A stretch of DNA of 40,526 nt from Candidatus Hadarchaeum sp. (lineage in GTDB: Archaea > Hadarchaeota > Hadarchaeia > Hadarchaeales > Hadarchaeaceae). The position numbers and the translations under genes were made by a program. The stretch is taken from contig NZ_JBMFOX010000009.1 of NCBI RefSeq assembly GCF_049969415.1, positions 1 to 40,526 on the forward strand, read 5' to 3'. Positions 18,936-27,095 of the stretch are shown piece after piece. Under the pieces are notes generated by a model that worked only from the letters and a program-made list of their open reading frames with translations, did no database searches and had not been told where the DNA came from. Each line of letters starts with the position of its first letter. The stretch's first letter is position 1.

Positions 18936-18980
18936 AAATTTCTCATTAAAAAAATCTTCGACTAAAACCGTAATGAGAAT

Positions 18981-20015
18981 ATGGATAAAAGCGCATTTGT
19001 AGATTTAGAGGAGATTGCTAAGAACTTGAACAGCCTTGGTAGAAAGACCGTCATAAGAATTAGAAAGGATAGAATTTGGATTCGTACCTTGCCTTTAGGT
19101 GAACATTGTGGACACCGTTCAAAAGAAATTAAAGTTAGGCGGTTTATTGAACTAGACGACTTATTTTTAGGGATGGGTCCTTGGCAAGTGGGGGCGGAAA
19201 AATAAGGGTTTATACTTTGGCAACTCAGAGCCTTCGCTGCTTCATCATTTCTTAAAAATTTTTTTGAATATAAACTCGGACTGGACAGGAAATAATTAAG
19301 CCACTATTAACGCTCCGGCATTATATTGTATAAATTAAACAAAAGAAAAATGGGCAAATTAGCTATCAATTCCAAGTCAAAATTTTACAAAGGTTTGTGT
19401 GGATCCTAGAATTAAGAGAGTACATGCTCAAGTAAGTCTACTTTAATTCGGTTATTTTGACAAGGCTTATGGGTGAATTATATTCCAGATCTAAAAAATT
19501 TATTTTGCAAAATCAAGCCTCCAGCGTTGCTTTTTTGCGTGGTGTTTCGCAGCTGAAGGTTCAGTTATTCTGAAAAAGTCTGGTATTATTTATCACATAA
19601 ATTTTTCTTCAAAAGACGAAGAATTCATCCAGTTTCTAAAACAATGCCTTAGCTTGGTCGGAGTTGAAGCGAACAGCTATTCGATCAAAGGGATGAACCT
19701 GCAGGTTTACGGTTTGCCAAATTTTAGACAGTTTTACATCTTCAACATCCATGCTCTACACCCGGAGAAGCGGGAGAAATTCGAGAACGGTTTTGCATCC
19801 TACAAGAGAAAAGTTCTGGATGGTGACTAGGCCAGAAAATTGATACTAAAACAGCTCGCCACCGGAATCAAGACCTACGGCGAACCAGCCGCCGCACTCG
19901 GCAAGGCTAGGACCACGATCCAAGCCCATCACGTCCCAATCCTCAAGCGGGAGGGTAAAATCTCGCGGGGGGGAAGCGCGGACGGGCCTAGCTCTGGGCG
20001 CGGGCAAAACCGTAA
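18981..20015 (+). pseudogene. decayed double-LAGLIDADG protein with a C-terminal winged HTH
   Basis: Fragments across frames: GMG.WQ...KGLYFGNSEPSLLHHFL; AFLRGV/FAAEGS (1-nt frameshift inside the motif near 19547); LHPEKREKF; TAG at 19828-19830; then LILKQL...AAALGKARTTIQAHHVPILKREGKI. Confidence 0.75.
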
Positions 20016-20082
20016 CCAAAACTCCGACTTTCTGAACCACGGACAACTTTTTATATATTGCCGCCTAATTGCGTTGACTCTC

Positions 20083-20412
20083 ATGCAAATTGAACACACG
20101 ATGGAAAAAGGCGTGCACCGATACGAGTGCTGGGACGACTATGGCTGCTCGGTCGTGGCCTTTGCAGTAGTAGTGGAAAAAAGGGGTTATGTTTATCTCA
20201 AGGAAATAAACGTGGGCAGCTCCTACCGGGGAAAAGGAATCGGAACCTCATTGCTCAAGCGGGTGTTGGACGACTTCAGCGGGCGGGATATTCTGGCCAG
20301 CGTCTTTAAGGACCGAGTCAAGTGGTACCAGGAACATGGCTTTGAAACCTTGGGGGAAAAAGGCGGACTAGCTGAAGTTAAGAAAGCTCATGGGGACAAC
20401 CTCTTAAAATAA
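20083..20412 (+). CDS. GNAT-family N-acetyltransferase
   Basis: V.SSYRGKGIGTSLL acetyl-CoA motif and WYQEHGF. A TTTTATATA box about 26 nt upstream of ATG 20083 suggests a leaderless mRNA. Confidence 0.85.
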   Translation: MQIEHTMEKGVHRYECWDDYGCSVVAFAVVVEKRGYVYLKEINVGSSYRGKGIGTSLLKRVLDDFSGRDILASVFKDRVKWYQEHGFETLGEKGGLAEVKKAHGDNLLK

Positions 20413-20429
20413 ACTTTCGAATAAGAAGC

Positions 20430-20525
20430 GGGGTCGTGGGGTAGCTTGGTCCATCCTGCGAGCTTTGGGTCGCCTCAGGCGCGGGAAAGCTCGTGACCCG
20501 AGTTCAAATCTCGGCGACCCCACCA
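20430..20525 (+). tRNA. tRNA-Pro(TGG) with an intron at 37/38 and encoded CCA
   Basis: Acceptor stem GGGGTCG/CGACCCC plus ACCA; anticodon stem CGAGC/GCTCG with TT-TGG-G; T arm CCGAG-TTCAAAT-CTCGG. Confidence 0.95.
20470..20487 (+). other. 18-nt tRNA intron forming a bulge-helix-bulge
   Basis: TCGCCTCAGGCGCGGGAA forms hairpin CGCC-TCA-GGCG, central helix TTTG/CGGG and two 3-nt bulges (GG^T and AA^A). Confidence 0.85.
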
Positions 20526-20741
20526 CAAAGATAAACAGTTACAGGGCACTTGCATTTTTGGTGCTTAGTCTGAACAATTCAACCTAAAATTGTAACTACC
20601 CCCACTCTTGGAAAACCTAATCCTAGCTAAAAGCTATTGCCGAGAGAATCACTCAAATTTTAAGCTCGAGGTTCGCACTCCTACGCGTTTTAGCCGCTTT
20701 CCCGCCACGAAAAACGGTTCGGTTTTCTACTTTCTTCTTCT

Positions 20742-20936
20742 CTAAACAATATCTTTGATAGTCAACCCACCGACAATCCAGTTCTCGGTAGGATTATCGT
20801 AGAAAATTACTGAGATAGATTCTTTGGGCAGGTTCGGTATCTCCCTCATCAACAGTCCACATATCTGGTTGGCCATTCTGACTTTTTGCTCCTGAGTTAA
20901 CGCTCCTTCGGTCAGGCTTATTTCTACCAAGGGCAT
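20742..20936 (-). CDS. 4-oxalocrotonate tautomerase family protein
   Basis: Catalytic Pro1 (MPLVEI), T.EQK and NW.VGG in a 64-aa beta-alpha-beta protein. Confidence 0.88.
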   Translation of the reverse strand: MPLVEISLTEGALTQEQKVRMANQICGLLMREIPNLPKESISVIFYDNPTENWIVGGLTIKDIV

Positions 20937-21025
20937 TTCCTCTCACCATGCCTAAATCGCCCCCGACAATTTTTTTGTTGGAAAGTCAGAAATCCACTAC
21001 CAAAAATGAAAACATTTGGCGCGAT

Positions 21026-22450
21026 TTAAGCTCGTTTTTCTTCAATCCTTTTACCACGAAGAACGGATGGTAAGATGGCAACGCTGTTCAAAAGGGCGAG
21101 CCACAGGTACGTCCTCTGCATCGCTTCTACGAAAAGCGACTTGTCCGTCGCTTCGATGAGTACTGGATCAAGAGAGGCAATTATTTCCGTCAGCTTCACG
21201 TATGGGACGGTAAAACTCATTAAAAGCACTGCTAGGCTCAGGCTTGTCACGTAGCCCACATTGAACATCGTGTTTCTGAATGCGGAGGCAACACCCTTTC
21301 TCTCGGGAGGAACACAGCCCATTATCGAGCTTACATTTGGGGAGGCGAAGATGCCCATACCCGTGCCGAAGAGTAGCATATAACCCAATACTAAGTAGTA
21401 GGGCGTTTGGGCATCGATAGTGGAAAAAAGGAACAAGGACAAGCTTATCACCGCCAACCCGGACGTCGTGAAGGGCAAACAGCCGAACCTGTCCGAGAGC
21501 TTTCCGCTGATCACCCCGACCACAAAATAGGTTATCTCAAACGGAATCAACCTCACTCCCGCCTGAAATGGGTCTAGACCCAAAACGATCTGCAGATAAA
21601 GGCTAAGCAGTAAAAGAACGGCACCCCAAGCCGCCGCATTCAAAAGCTGTGCAATGTTACCCCCTAAGAACTCCCGTATTCTGAGCAGGGCCAAATCAAA
21701 CAATGGATACTCGGCCCGGCTCTCATGAACTAAAAAGACCGCAAAAGCTACGAGGAAAATGGCAGTGAAAAGCCAAACGACAGTCTGGTGTGCCATCCCG
21801 TAAGCGGCAAAGGTAAGGGCAAAAAGAAGCGACGCTATTGCCGTGGATATGGTTATAAAACCAATCCAATCTATCGGGCTCGATTTTTCCACCTTAGCCA
21901 CCTCCCTCAGCCTTCTGCCGGCCCACAGCGTTCCGAAAATCCCTATCGGCACGTTAATTAAGAAAAGGGCTCTCCAGTCCCAGAGGGCGAGCAAAACTCC
22001 GCTCGAAGTCAGGCCGAGCATGGCACCCAGCCTAAAAGCGCTCTGATTCAGGCCGAGAAAAAATCCGAGTTCACCGGGTGGCGTGGCGTCCACAATCATG
22101 GTCACACCGATCGTGGAGATGATGCCACCGCCGAAGCCCTGCAGACCTCGGAAAATTATGACCTGTATTGGGTCTGATGATATTCCGGAAAGTGCCGCAC
22201 CTAAGGTGAAAAACGCAAAACCTACCACGTAAATTTTTACCCTGCCAAAAATGTCCGAAGCTCTGCCAACCAGCAACAGCGCGACCGTGCTGGCAAACAT
22301 ATAGGCCTGGGTGAACCAGACGGCCTGCTCAGCATCGGCTTTTAAAGCGGCTGCCACCTGAGGCAAACCGACGATGACTATCCTAGAATTAATGCCGAAC
22401 ATCAGCATTCCGATTGTAGTCACGGTGAGAACTGTCCACTTGTATCTCAG
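21026..22450 (-). CDS. MFS transporter, DHA2 (EmrB/QacA) type
   Basis: GRASDIFGR motif A, WRALFLINVPIG and GKLSDRFG. The frame is open upstream of the ORF-track start to CTG 22450 (LRYKWTVLTV), which has a GAGGCGA SD. Confidence 0.9.
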   Translation of the reverse strand: MRYKWTVLTVTTIGMLMFGINSRIVIVGLPQVAAALKADAEQAVWFTQAYMFASTVALLLVGRASDIFGRVKIYVVGFAFFTLGAALSGISSDPIQVIIFRGLQGFGGGIISTIGVTMIVDATPPGELGFFLGLNQSAFRLGAMLGLTSSGVLLALWDWRALFLINVPIGIFGTLWAGRRLREVAKVEKSSPIDWIGFITISTAIASLLFALTFAAYGMAHQTVVWLFTAIFLVAFAVFLVHESRAEYPLFDLALLRIREFLGGNIAQLLNAAAWGAVLLLLSLYLQIVLGLDPFQAGVRLIPFEITYFVVGVISGKLSDRFGCLPFTTSGLAVISLSLFLFSTIDAQTPYYLVLGYMLLFGTGMGIFASPNVSSIMGCVPPERKGVASAFRNTMFNVGYVTSLSLAVLLMSFTVPYVKLTEIIASLDPVLIEATDKSLFVEAMQRTYLWLALLNSVAILPSVLRGKRIEEKRA

Positions 22451-22555
22451 AAAAATCGCCTCGGCATTTTTAAAGACTAATCGACTGAACCCTAAAAAAT
22501 GATTTCTCGAAAATCCGACAAATTTAAAAACCTCGACCCCCAGTAAAAACTTCTG

Positions 22556-23497
22556 GTGAGTTCTGTGAGGACAAAGTTGCTGTTAGCCTCACTAGTAATA
22601 GTGGTCCTGCTCAGCATTTACTTCATACCTGCTGGCAGCGCGAAGGGCAACGAGGCGGAGCCAAGCGTGGTCAAGGTCGGGGTTTGGATAAACTCCATCG
22701 AGAAGGTCGACACACCAACGCAGACCTTTACCGTCGATTTCTATCTTTGGTTCAAGTATCGTGACATCAGACCCGACATTGAGTTTCTGCGAGGCACGCC
22801 TAGAATGGACCTTGTCACTGAAGAAGAGAGGGAAAATGAAAACTATCTTGAATACCGGGTAAGAGGAGCATACGTCCAGCCATTTGACTTCAAGGATTTC
22901 CCGTTAGACGAGCATTTCCTCTCAATTTCGCTGGAGGACAAGAACCACAACATCTCTGAACTGGTCTTTGAACCGGATGTTGAGGAAAGCGGAATTGATC
23001 CCAGTTTAGAGGTTGCCGGTTGGGACGTGAAGGACTTTCGCATATTCGTGACGGAACATGCTTATCCAGGTGAAACTTACTCCCAGCTCAACTTTGGTCT
23101 GACCGTCTATCGATCCAAACTTTCGGCCATCCTCAAGAACTTCCTGCCCATCATTATCATAACTTTAATTTCCCTGCTCACCTTCGCCATCTCAATTAAG
23201 AACTTTGGCCAGAGGGTCGGGATCTGCGTCTCAACGTTGATGTCCGCGGTAGCCTATCACATTGCCGCCCTTAGTGGACTACCTGCCCTTGGATATCTAA
23301 CCCTGTTTGACCGGATAATGTTGGTGGTCTACACCGTTTTCCTTTACAACCTTTTAGTTTCTGTCCAAGGGATGAGGTTGGTTGAAGCCGGAAAAGCCGA
23401 GCAAGCGGAGAAATTTGAGGTCAGGATGCAGAACCTACTACCGGTGCTCATCTTTGTCCTGAGCATCATCTACATCGGGTTGTTTGGGCTGCTCTAA
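22556..23497 (+). CDS. pentameric ligand-gated ion channel (GLIC/ELIC-like Pro-loop receptor)
   Basis: Signal peptide; V.VGVWINSI..VD...QTFTVDFYLWF; Pro-loop FKDFPLD; GW; pre-M1 Arg; M1 Pro; M2 RVGICVSTLMSAVAY; M2-M3 loop LPALGYLTLFD; four TM helices. Confidence 0.88.
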   Translation: MSSVRTKLLLASLVIVVLLSIYFIPAGSAKGNEAEPSVVKVGVWINSIEKVDTPTQTFTVDFYLWFKYRDIRPDIEFLRGTPRMDLVTEEERENENYLEYRVRGAYVQPFDFKDFPLDEHFLSISLEDKNHNISELVFEPDVEESGIDPSLEVAGWDVKDFRIFVTEHAYPGETYSQLNFGLTVYRSKLSAILKNFLPIIIITLISLLTFAISIKNFGQRVGICVSTLMSAVAYHIAALSGLPALGYLTLFDRIMLVVYTVFLYNLLVSVQGMRLVEAGKAEQAEKFEVRMQNLLPVLIFVLSIIYIGLFGLL

Positions 23498-23760
23498 CCA
23501 GCGAATTAATCCTTAATACCAGGCGGCTAGCCGCACCGACTAAGTTGGAGGTGACATATCAACGGCAAAAAGCAATCTTGCCTCATTCTATTTCTTTCTT
23601 CATCGTCTCGGCAGCGCCGCCTGGTATTAGCGTGACTGTCGAAACCGACTTCGACAAATAGTGTGTTAACACTGTTATTTAAAGATGTCGATTTGAAAAA
23701 AAATACGGGAAAAGGAGTAGTTTTATTTATAGAAAACATACAGCCCCACAGGGAGACTTT

Positions 23761-25266
23761 ATGGCCACGGTGATGGAGACAAAGGCTGAATCTACTGTTA
23801 GAGCTGAAGATGCCATCATTGACTCAGTACAAAAATGGCTGGACAACCCCGTGGCTAGAAAAATGCTGAAGCTGGTCTGCGGTAAAAGTAAGCACGGCGG
23901 CAACAGGCTAGACATCGCCATCCGCAAGTATATGGGGGAAAATGTCAAATGCGATGCCCGCGATGCCTTTGCTTCTATCGTGGTCAAATTTGTGCTTGAT
24001 CATGGAGCCGGCGCATTTGGTTATTCCAGCGCTGAACTGAAGAAAAATCTGTCCGATCCTTTGATAAGGAGAGGCATGGTAAACGTGCTCGAGGGCATTG
24101 CACGTTACGGCACCCGCCGTCCCTTCACCTCAGTTGCCCCCTTCCTGGTGGTCTGGAACTATACTAAATTATGCAACCTGCGCTGCGAGCACTGCTATGA
24201 AAGTGCCGGGCCCAAAGCCATGGAGGACGAGCTGACCACTGAAGAGGCAAAAAAGGTCATCGACGAGTTTGAAGAAGCCGGCGTCGTGGCCATAGCCTTC
24301 TCCGGCGGCGAACCGTTGATGAGAAAGGACATCTTAGAAGTCGCGGGATACGCAAAAAGCCGCGGATTTTACACCAGCGTCGCCACTAACGGTACGCTGA
24401 TTACTCCAGAAATTGCGAGGAGGATGAAGGAAGTTTTTGGCTATGTCGAAATATCATTGGACGGCTTTGAGGCTGCCCACGACAAGTTCCGGGGTGTTCC
24501 GGGCGCTTGGAGGCGCACCTGTGAGGGAATCAAGAACTGCGTTGCGGAGGGAATCGACACCTGCGTTGCCCTAACGGCCACGCGCTATAACCTCCACGAA
24601 ATCCCGAAGTTGATTGACTTTGCTGAAAAGGAACTAGGTGTGAAAAGAGTGATAATATTCAACTACGTGCCGACGGGAAGGGGGAAAGACATCATCGATC
24701 AAGATCTGAATCCTGAGGAAAGGCAGGAACTTCTGGAGTATCTTTACAAGCGAATGATGGGCAACAACTGCAGGTTGATCTGTTACTCCACCGCACCCCA
24801 GTACTCCGCCGTCTCTTGGAAATACGCCTTCGGCGATAAGTCGGCCCCAGTTGTGGCCACGCACTTTACTAACCAAGGGGCGATAGAAGCGCTTCAGGGC
24901 AGGACCAAAACCCTCGCCGAGTTCCTAGGCGGGTGTGGAGCAGGCCGGCTCTACTGCGGCCTCGAGCCGAACGGTGACATCACCCCCTGTGTATTCATGC
25001 CCATAAAAATCGGCAACATTAGAAAGGACCGCCTGCGTGAGATCTGGCATTCTGCAGAGATACTCTGGAAGCTGAGGGACCGCGAATCCTTGGAAGGGTG
25101 CAGCCAGTGCGAGTACAAATATATCTGTGGCGGGTGCCGGGCTAGGGCCTATGGATACTACGGCGACGTACAGGCTCCCGACCCAGGCTGTATCCACAAC
25201 CTTCATTACTGGAAGTCGCTCAAACAGGAGGAGAAATCTCCGGCCGCGGCTCAATCACCCACCTAA
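23761..25266 (-). other. antisense short ORFs within the radical SAM gene, judged non-coding
   Basis: Minus-strand ORFs 23727..23987, 24634..24876 and 24925..25254 have no recognisable motifs and lie opposite a well-supported gene. Confidence 0.3.
23761..25266 (+). CDS. radical SAM/SPASM protein with a long N-terminal helical extension; candidate GMGT synthase (Gms) family
   Basis: CNLRCEHC, SGGEP and the SPASM motif GCGAG...GDITPC...CSQC...CGGCRARA...DPGC. The radical SAM/SPASM call is firm; the Gms assignment is inference. Confidence 0.85.
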   Translation: MATVMETKAESTVRAEDAIIDSVQKWLDNPVARKMLKLVCGKSKHGGNRLDIAIRKYMGENVKCDARDAFASIVVKFVLDHGAGAFGYSSAELKKNLSDPLIRRGMVNVLEGIARYGTRRPFTSVAPFLVVWNYTKLCNLRCEHCYESAGPKAMEDELTTEEAKKVIDEFEEAGVVAIAFSGGEPLMRKDILEVAGYAKSRGFYTSVATNGTLITPEIARRMKEVFGYVEISLDGFEAAHDKFRGVPGAWRRTCEGIKNCVAEGIDTCVALTATRYNLHEIPKLIDFAEKELGVKRVIIFNYVPTGRGKDIIDQDLNPEERQELLEYLYKRMMGNNCRLICYSTAPQYSAVSWKYAFGDKSAPVVATHFTNQGAIEALQGRTKTLAEFLGGCGAGRLYCGLEPNGDITPCVFMPIKIGNIRKDRLREIWHSAEILWKLRDRESLEGCSQCEYKYICGGCRARAYGYYGDVQAPDPGCIHNLHYWKSLKQEEKSPAAAQSPT

Positions 25267-25336
25267 CTGCAGCATCGGAGCCGCTCCTCAAGGCAATCTT
25301 CTTAACCGTGGTTGAATATTTTAGAGAGGGAAGGTC

Positions 25337-25876
25337 ATGGAGATTGAAGGTGCCATCATAGAAGCCAAGCTCTATCGGGGCAAGATAATCGTCTGGGACG
25401 AGGCGCAGGCAAACCAGCTCTACCAACGTGGTTTTTATGGCAAGCCCCTCAGCGGTGGAAAACTACAGCTCGCACCGGTTGAAGCCCTTTACCTGATGGA
25501 AAATGGGAAGATAACGGTGGCCAACGGTACAGGCAAAAAATTAAGCTTCAAGGCCTTAGCGGAAAAATTCACCGAGACCGACCCCGATCTGATGCTTAAG
25601 TATGCGGCATACTCTGACCTCCGCTCCCGTGGTTACATCGTCAAAACCGGACTAAAGTTCGGCGCCCACTTTCGCGTCTATGACCGAGGGGAAAAACCCG
25701 GTGAGGCCCATTCCAAATTTCTGGTGCACGCCATCCCTGAAGGTGTGAAGATGACCCCAACCGAACTGGCCCGAGCGGTCAGGCTCGCCCACAGCGTGCG
25801 CAAGAGGATAATCTGGGCAGTGGTTGACGATGAGGGGGACATCACCTATTATTCGGTAACTAGGGAGAGACCCTGA
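25337..25876 (+). CDS. endA: tRNA-intron endonuclease, single-unit (alpha4-type size)
   Basis: EALYL, Y.DLRSRG, GLKFGAHFRVY (Tyr), HSKFLV (His) and AHSVRK (Lys); 179 aa. Confidence 0.95.
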   Translation: MEIEGAIIEAKLYRGKIIVWDEAQANQLYQRGFYGKPLSGGKLQLAPVEALYLMENGKITVANGTGKKLSFKALAEKFTETDPDLMLKYAAYSDLRSRGYIVKTGLKFGAHFRVYDRGEKPGEAHSKFLVHAIPEGVKMTPTELARAVRLAHSVRKRIIWAVVDDEGDITYYSVTRERP

Positions 25877-26980
25877 ATGACCATAAAATTAGATCCTTGG
25901 GGTTCGGCCATACCTGAAAACTACAGCCGGGTCATGGAGGAATTCGGGATATATCCCTTTGACAATGTGATCCAAAAAATACCCAACCCCCACCCGCTGA
26001 TGCGGAGAAAGATAATCTTCGGCCATCGTGATTTTGAGAGGATTCTGAACGCGATAGAAAAGGGAGAAAAATTTGCGGTGATGACCGGTTTAATGCCCAG
26101 CGGAAAAATGCACCTCGGCCACAAGCTGGTCATCGACCAGCTGATCTGGTACCAGGCGCAAAAATCTGATATCTTTCTCTGCGTTGCCGATCTAGAAGCC
26201 TACTCCGCTCGAGGAATCTCCTTTGAACAGTCTAAAAAGCTCGCCGTTGAGGAGTATCTGGCCAACTACCATGCCCTTGGTTTGGACCTTGAGCATTGCC
26301 GAGTGTACTTCCAGTCAACGAACAACGCAGTGAGACACCTTGCCTTCCTGCTGTCAAAAAAGGTAAACTTCAGCGAAATGAAAGCGATCTACGGGTTTGT
26401 CGGAGAATCGAGCATCTCCCAAATTTTCTACCCGATGATCGACATAGCCGACATATTGCACCCGCAGCTGGAAGAATTCGGGGGCCCGCGTCCCACCGTC
26501 ATTCCGGTCGGGGTAGACCAAGACCCCCACATCCGCTTGGCTAGGGATGTGGCCGCCCGCTTCCAGAAAGAGTTCAAATTCATTCTGCCCTCTTCAACCT
26601 ACCACCGGCTGCTACCCGGACTGACCGGCGACAAGATGTCAAGCAGCCGTCCTGAAACCGCCATATTCCTCACCGATTCCGACGCCGAACTCGAGAAAAA
26701 AATAAGAAATGCCTTTACCGGTGGTCTCCCCACGGCGGCCGAACAGCGGCGCTTGGGTGGAGACCCTTCCAAATGCCGGGTATATGAGCTCTACGTCTAT
26801 CACTTGATGCCCGATGACGAGGCCCTGCTTGAAATTGACGAGCTTTGTAGATCAGGAAAGATGATCTGTGGTGAGTGCAAAACCAAAGCAATCGAACTGA
26901 TGAAAAGCTACCTCAAGGAACACCGCGCCAGATACAAGCGCGCACTGCCGAAGGTCGAGAAAATTGTTGAGAAAATTTAG
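25877..26980 (+). CDS. trpS: tryptophan--tRNA ligase
   Basis: TGLMPSGKMHLGH, PVGVDQDPH, KMSSS and AFTGG. Confidence 0.97.
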   Translation: MTIKLDPWGSAIPENYSRVMEEFGIYPFDNVIQKIPNPHPLMRRKIIFGHRDFERILNAIEKGEKFAVMTGLMPSGKMHLGHKLVIDQLIWYQAQKSDIFLCVADLEAYSARGISFEQSKKLAVEEYLANYHALGLDLEHCRVYFQSTNNAVRHLAFLLSKKVNFSEMKAIYGFVGESSISQIFYPMIDIADILHPQLEEFGGPRPTVIPVGVDQDPHIRLARDVAARFQKEFKFILPSSTYHRLLPGLTGDKMSSSRPETAIFLTDSDAELEKKIRNAFTGGLPTAAEQRRLGGDPSKCRVYELYVYHLMPDDEALLEIDELCRSGKMICGECKTKAIELMKSYLKEHRARYKRALPKVEKIVEKI

Positions 26981-27037
26981 TGGACCAATTTTAAAGACTC
27001 GGATATCATTTTTAAGAACTAAAATCAAATTTTTACC

Positions 27038-27093
27038 GCGCGATGACGACAAAGGCTTCTGATCTGATGATGAAGATCTTGAGTCACGAGCGC
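27038..27093 (+). ncRNA. probable box C/D methylation guide sRNA
   Basis: Terminal stem GCGC/GCGC; box C ATGACGA (27043-49); D' CTGA (27059-62); C' ATGATGA (27067-73); 12-nt guide AGATCTTGAGTC; variant box D ACGA (27086-89). A TTTTTAAG TATA-like element lies at 27009-16. Confidence 0.72.
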
Positions 27094-27095
27094 AC

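Noticed and set aside
19840-20412. 190-aa HTH-GNAT fusion ORF from the track
   Set aside because: The first part is the tail of the LAGLIDADG pseudogene running through intergenic DNA. The GNAT has its own TATA and ATG at 20083.
23527-23739. RiPP precursor peptide for the SPASM enzyme (Cys-containing minus-strand ORF)
   Set aside because: It is on the opposite strand, has no clear SD, overlaps promoter DNA, and no peptidase or peptide transporter is adjacent.
20430-25266. Genomic island integrated at tRNA-Pro
   Set aside because: No integrase and no duplicated tRNA 3' end (att site) were found by eye.
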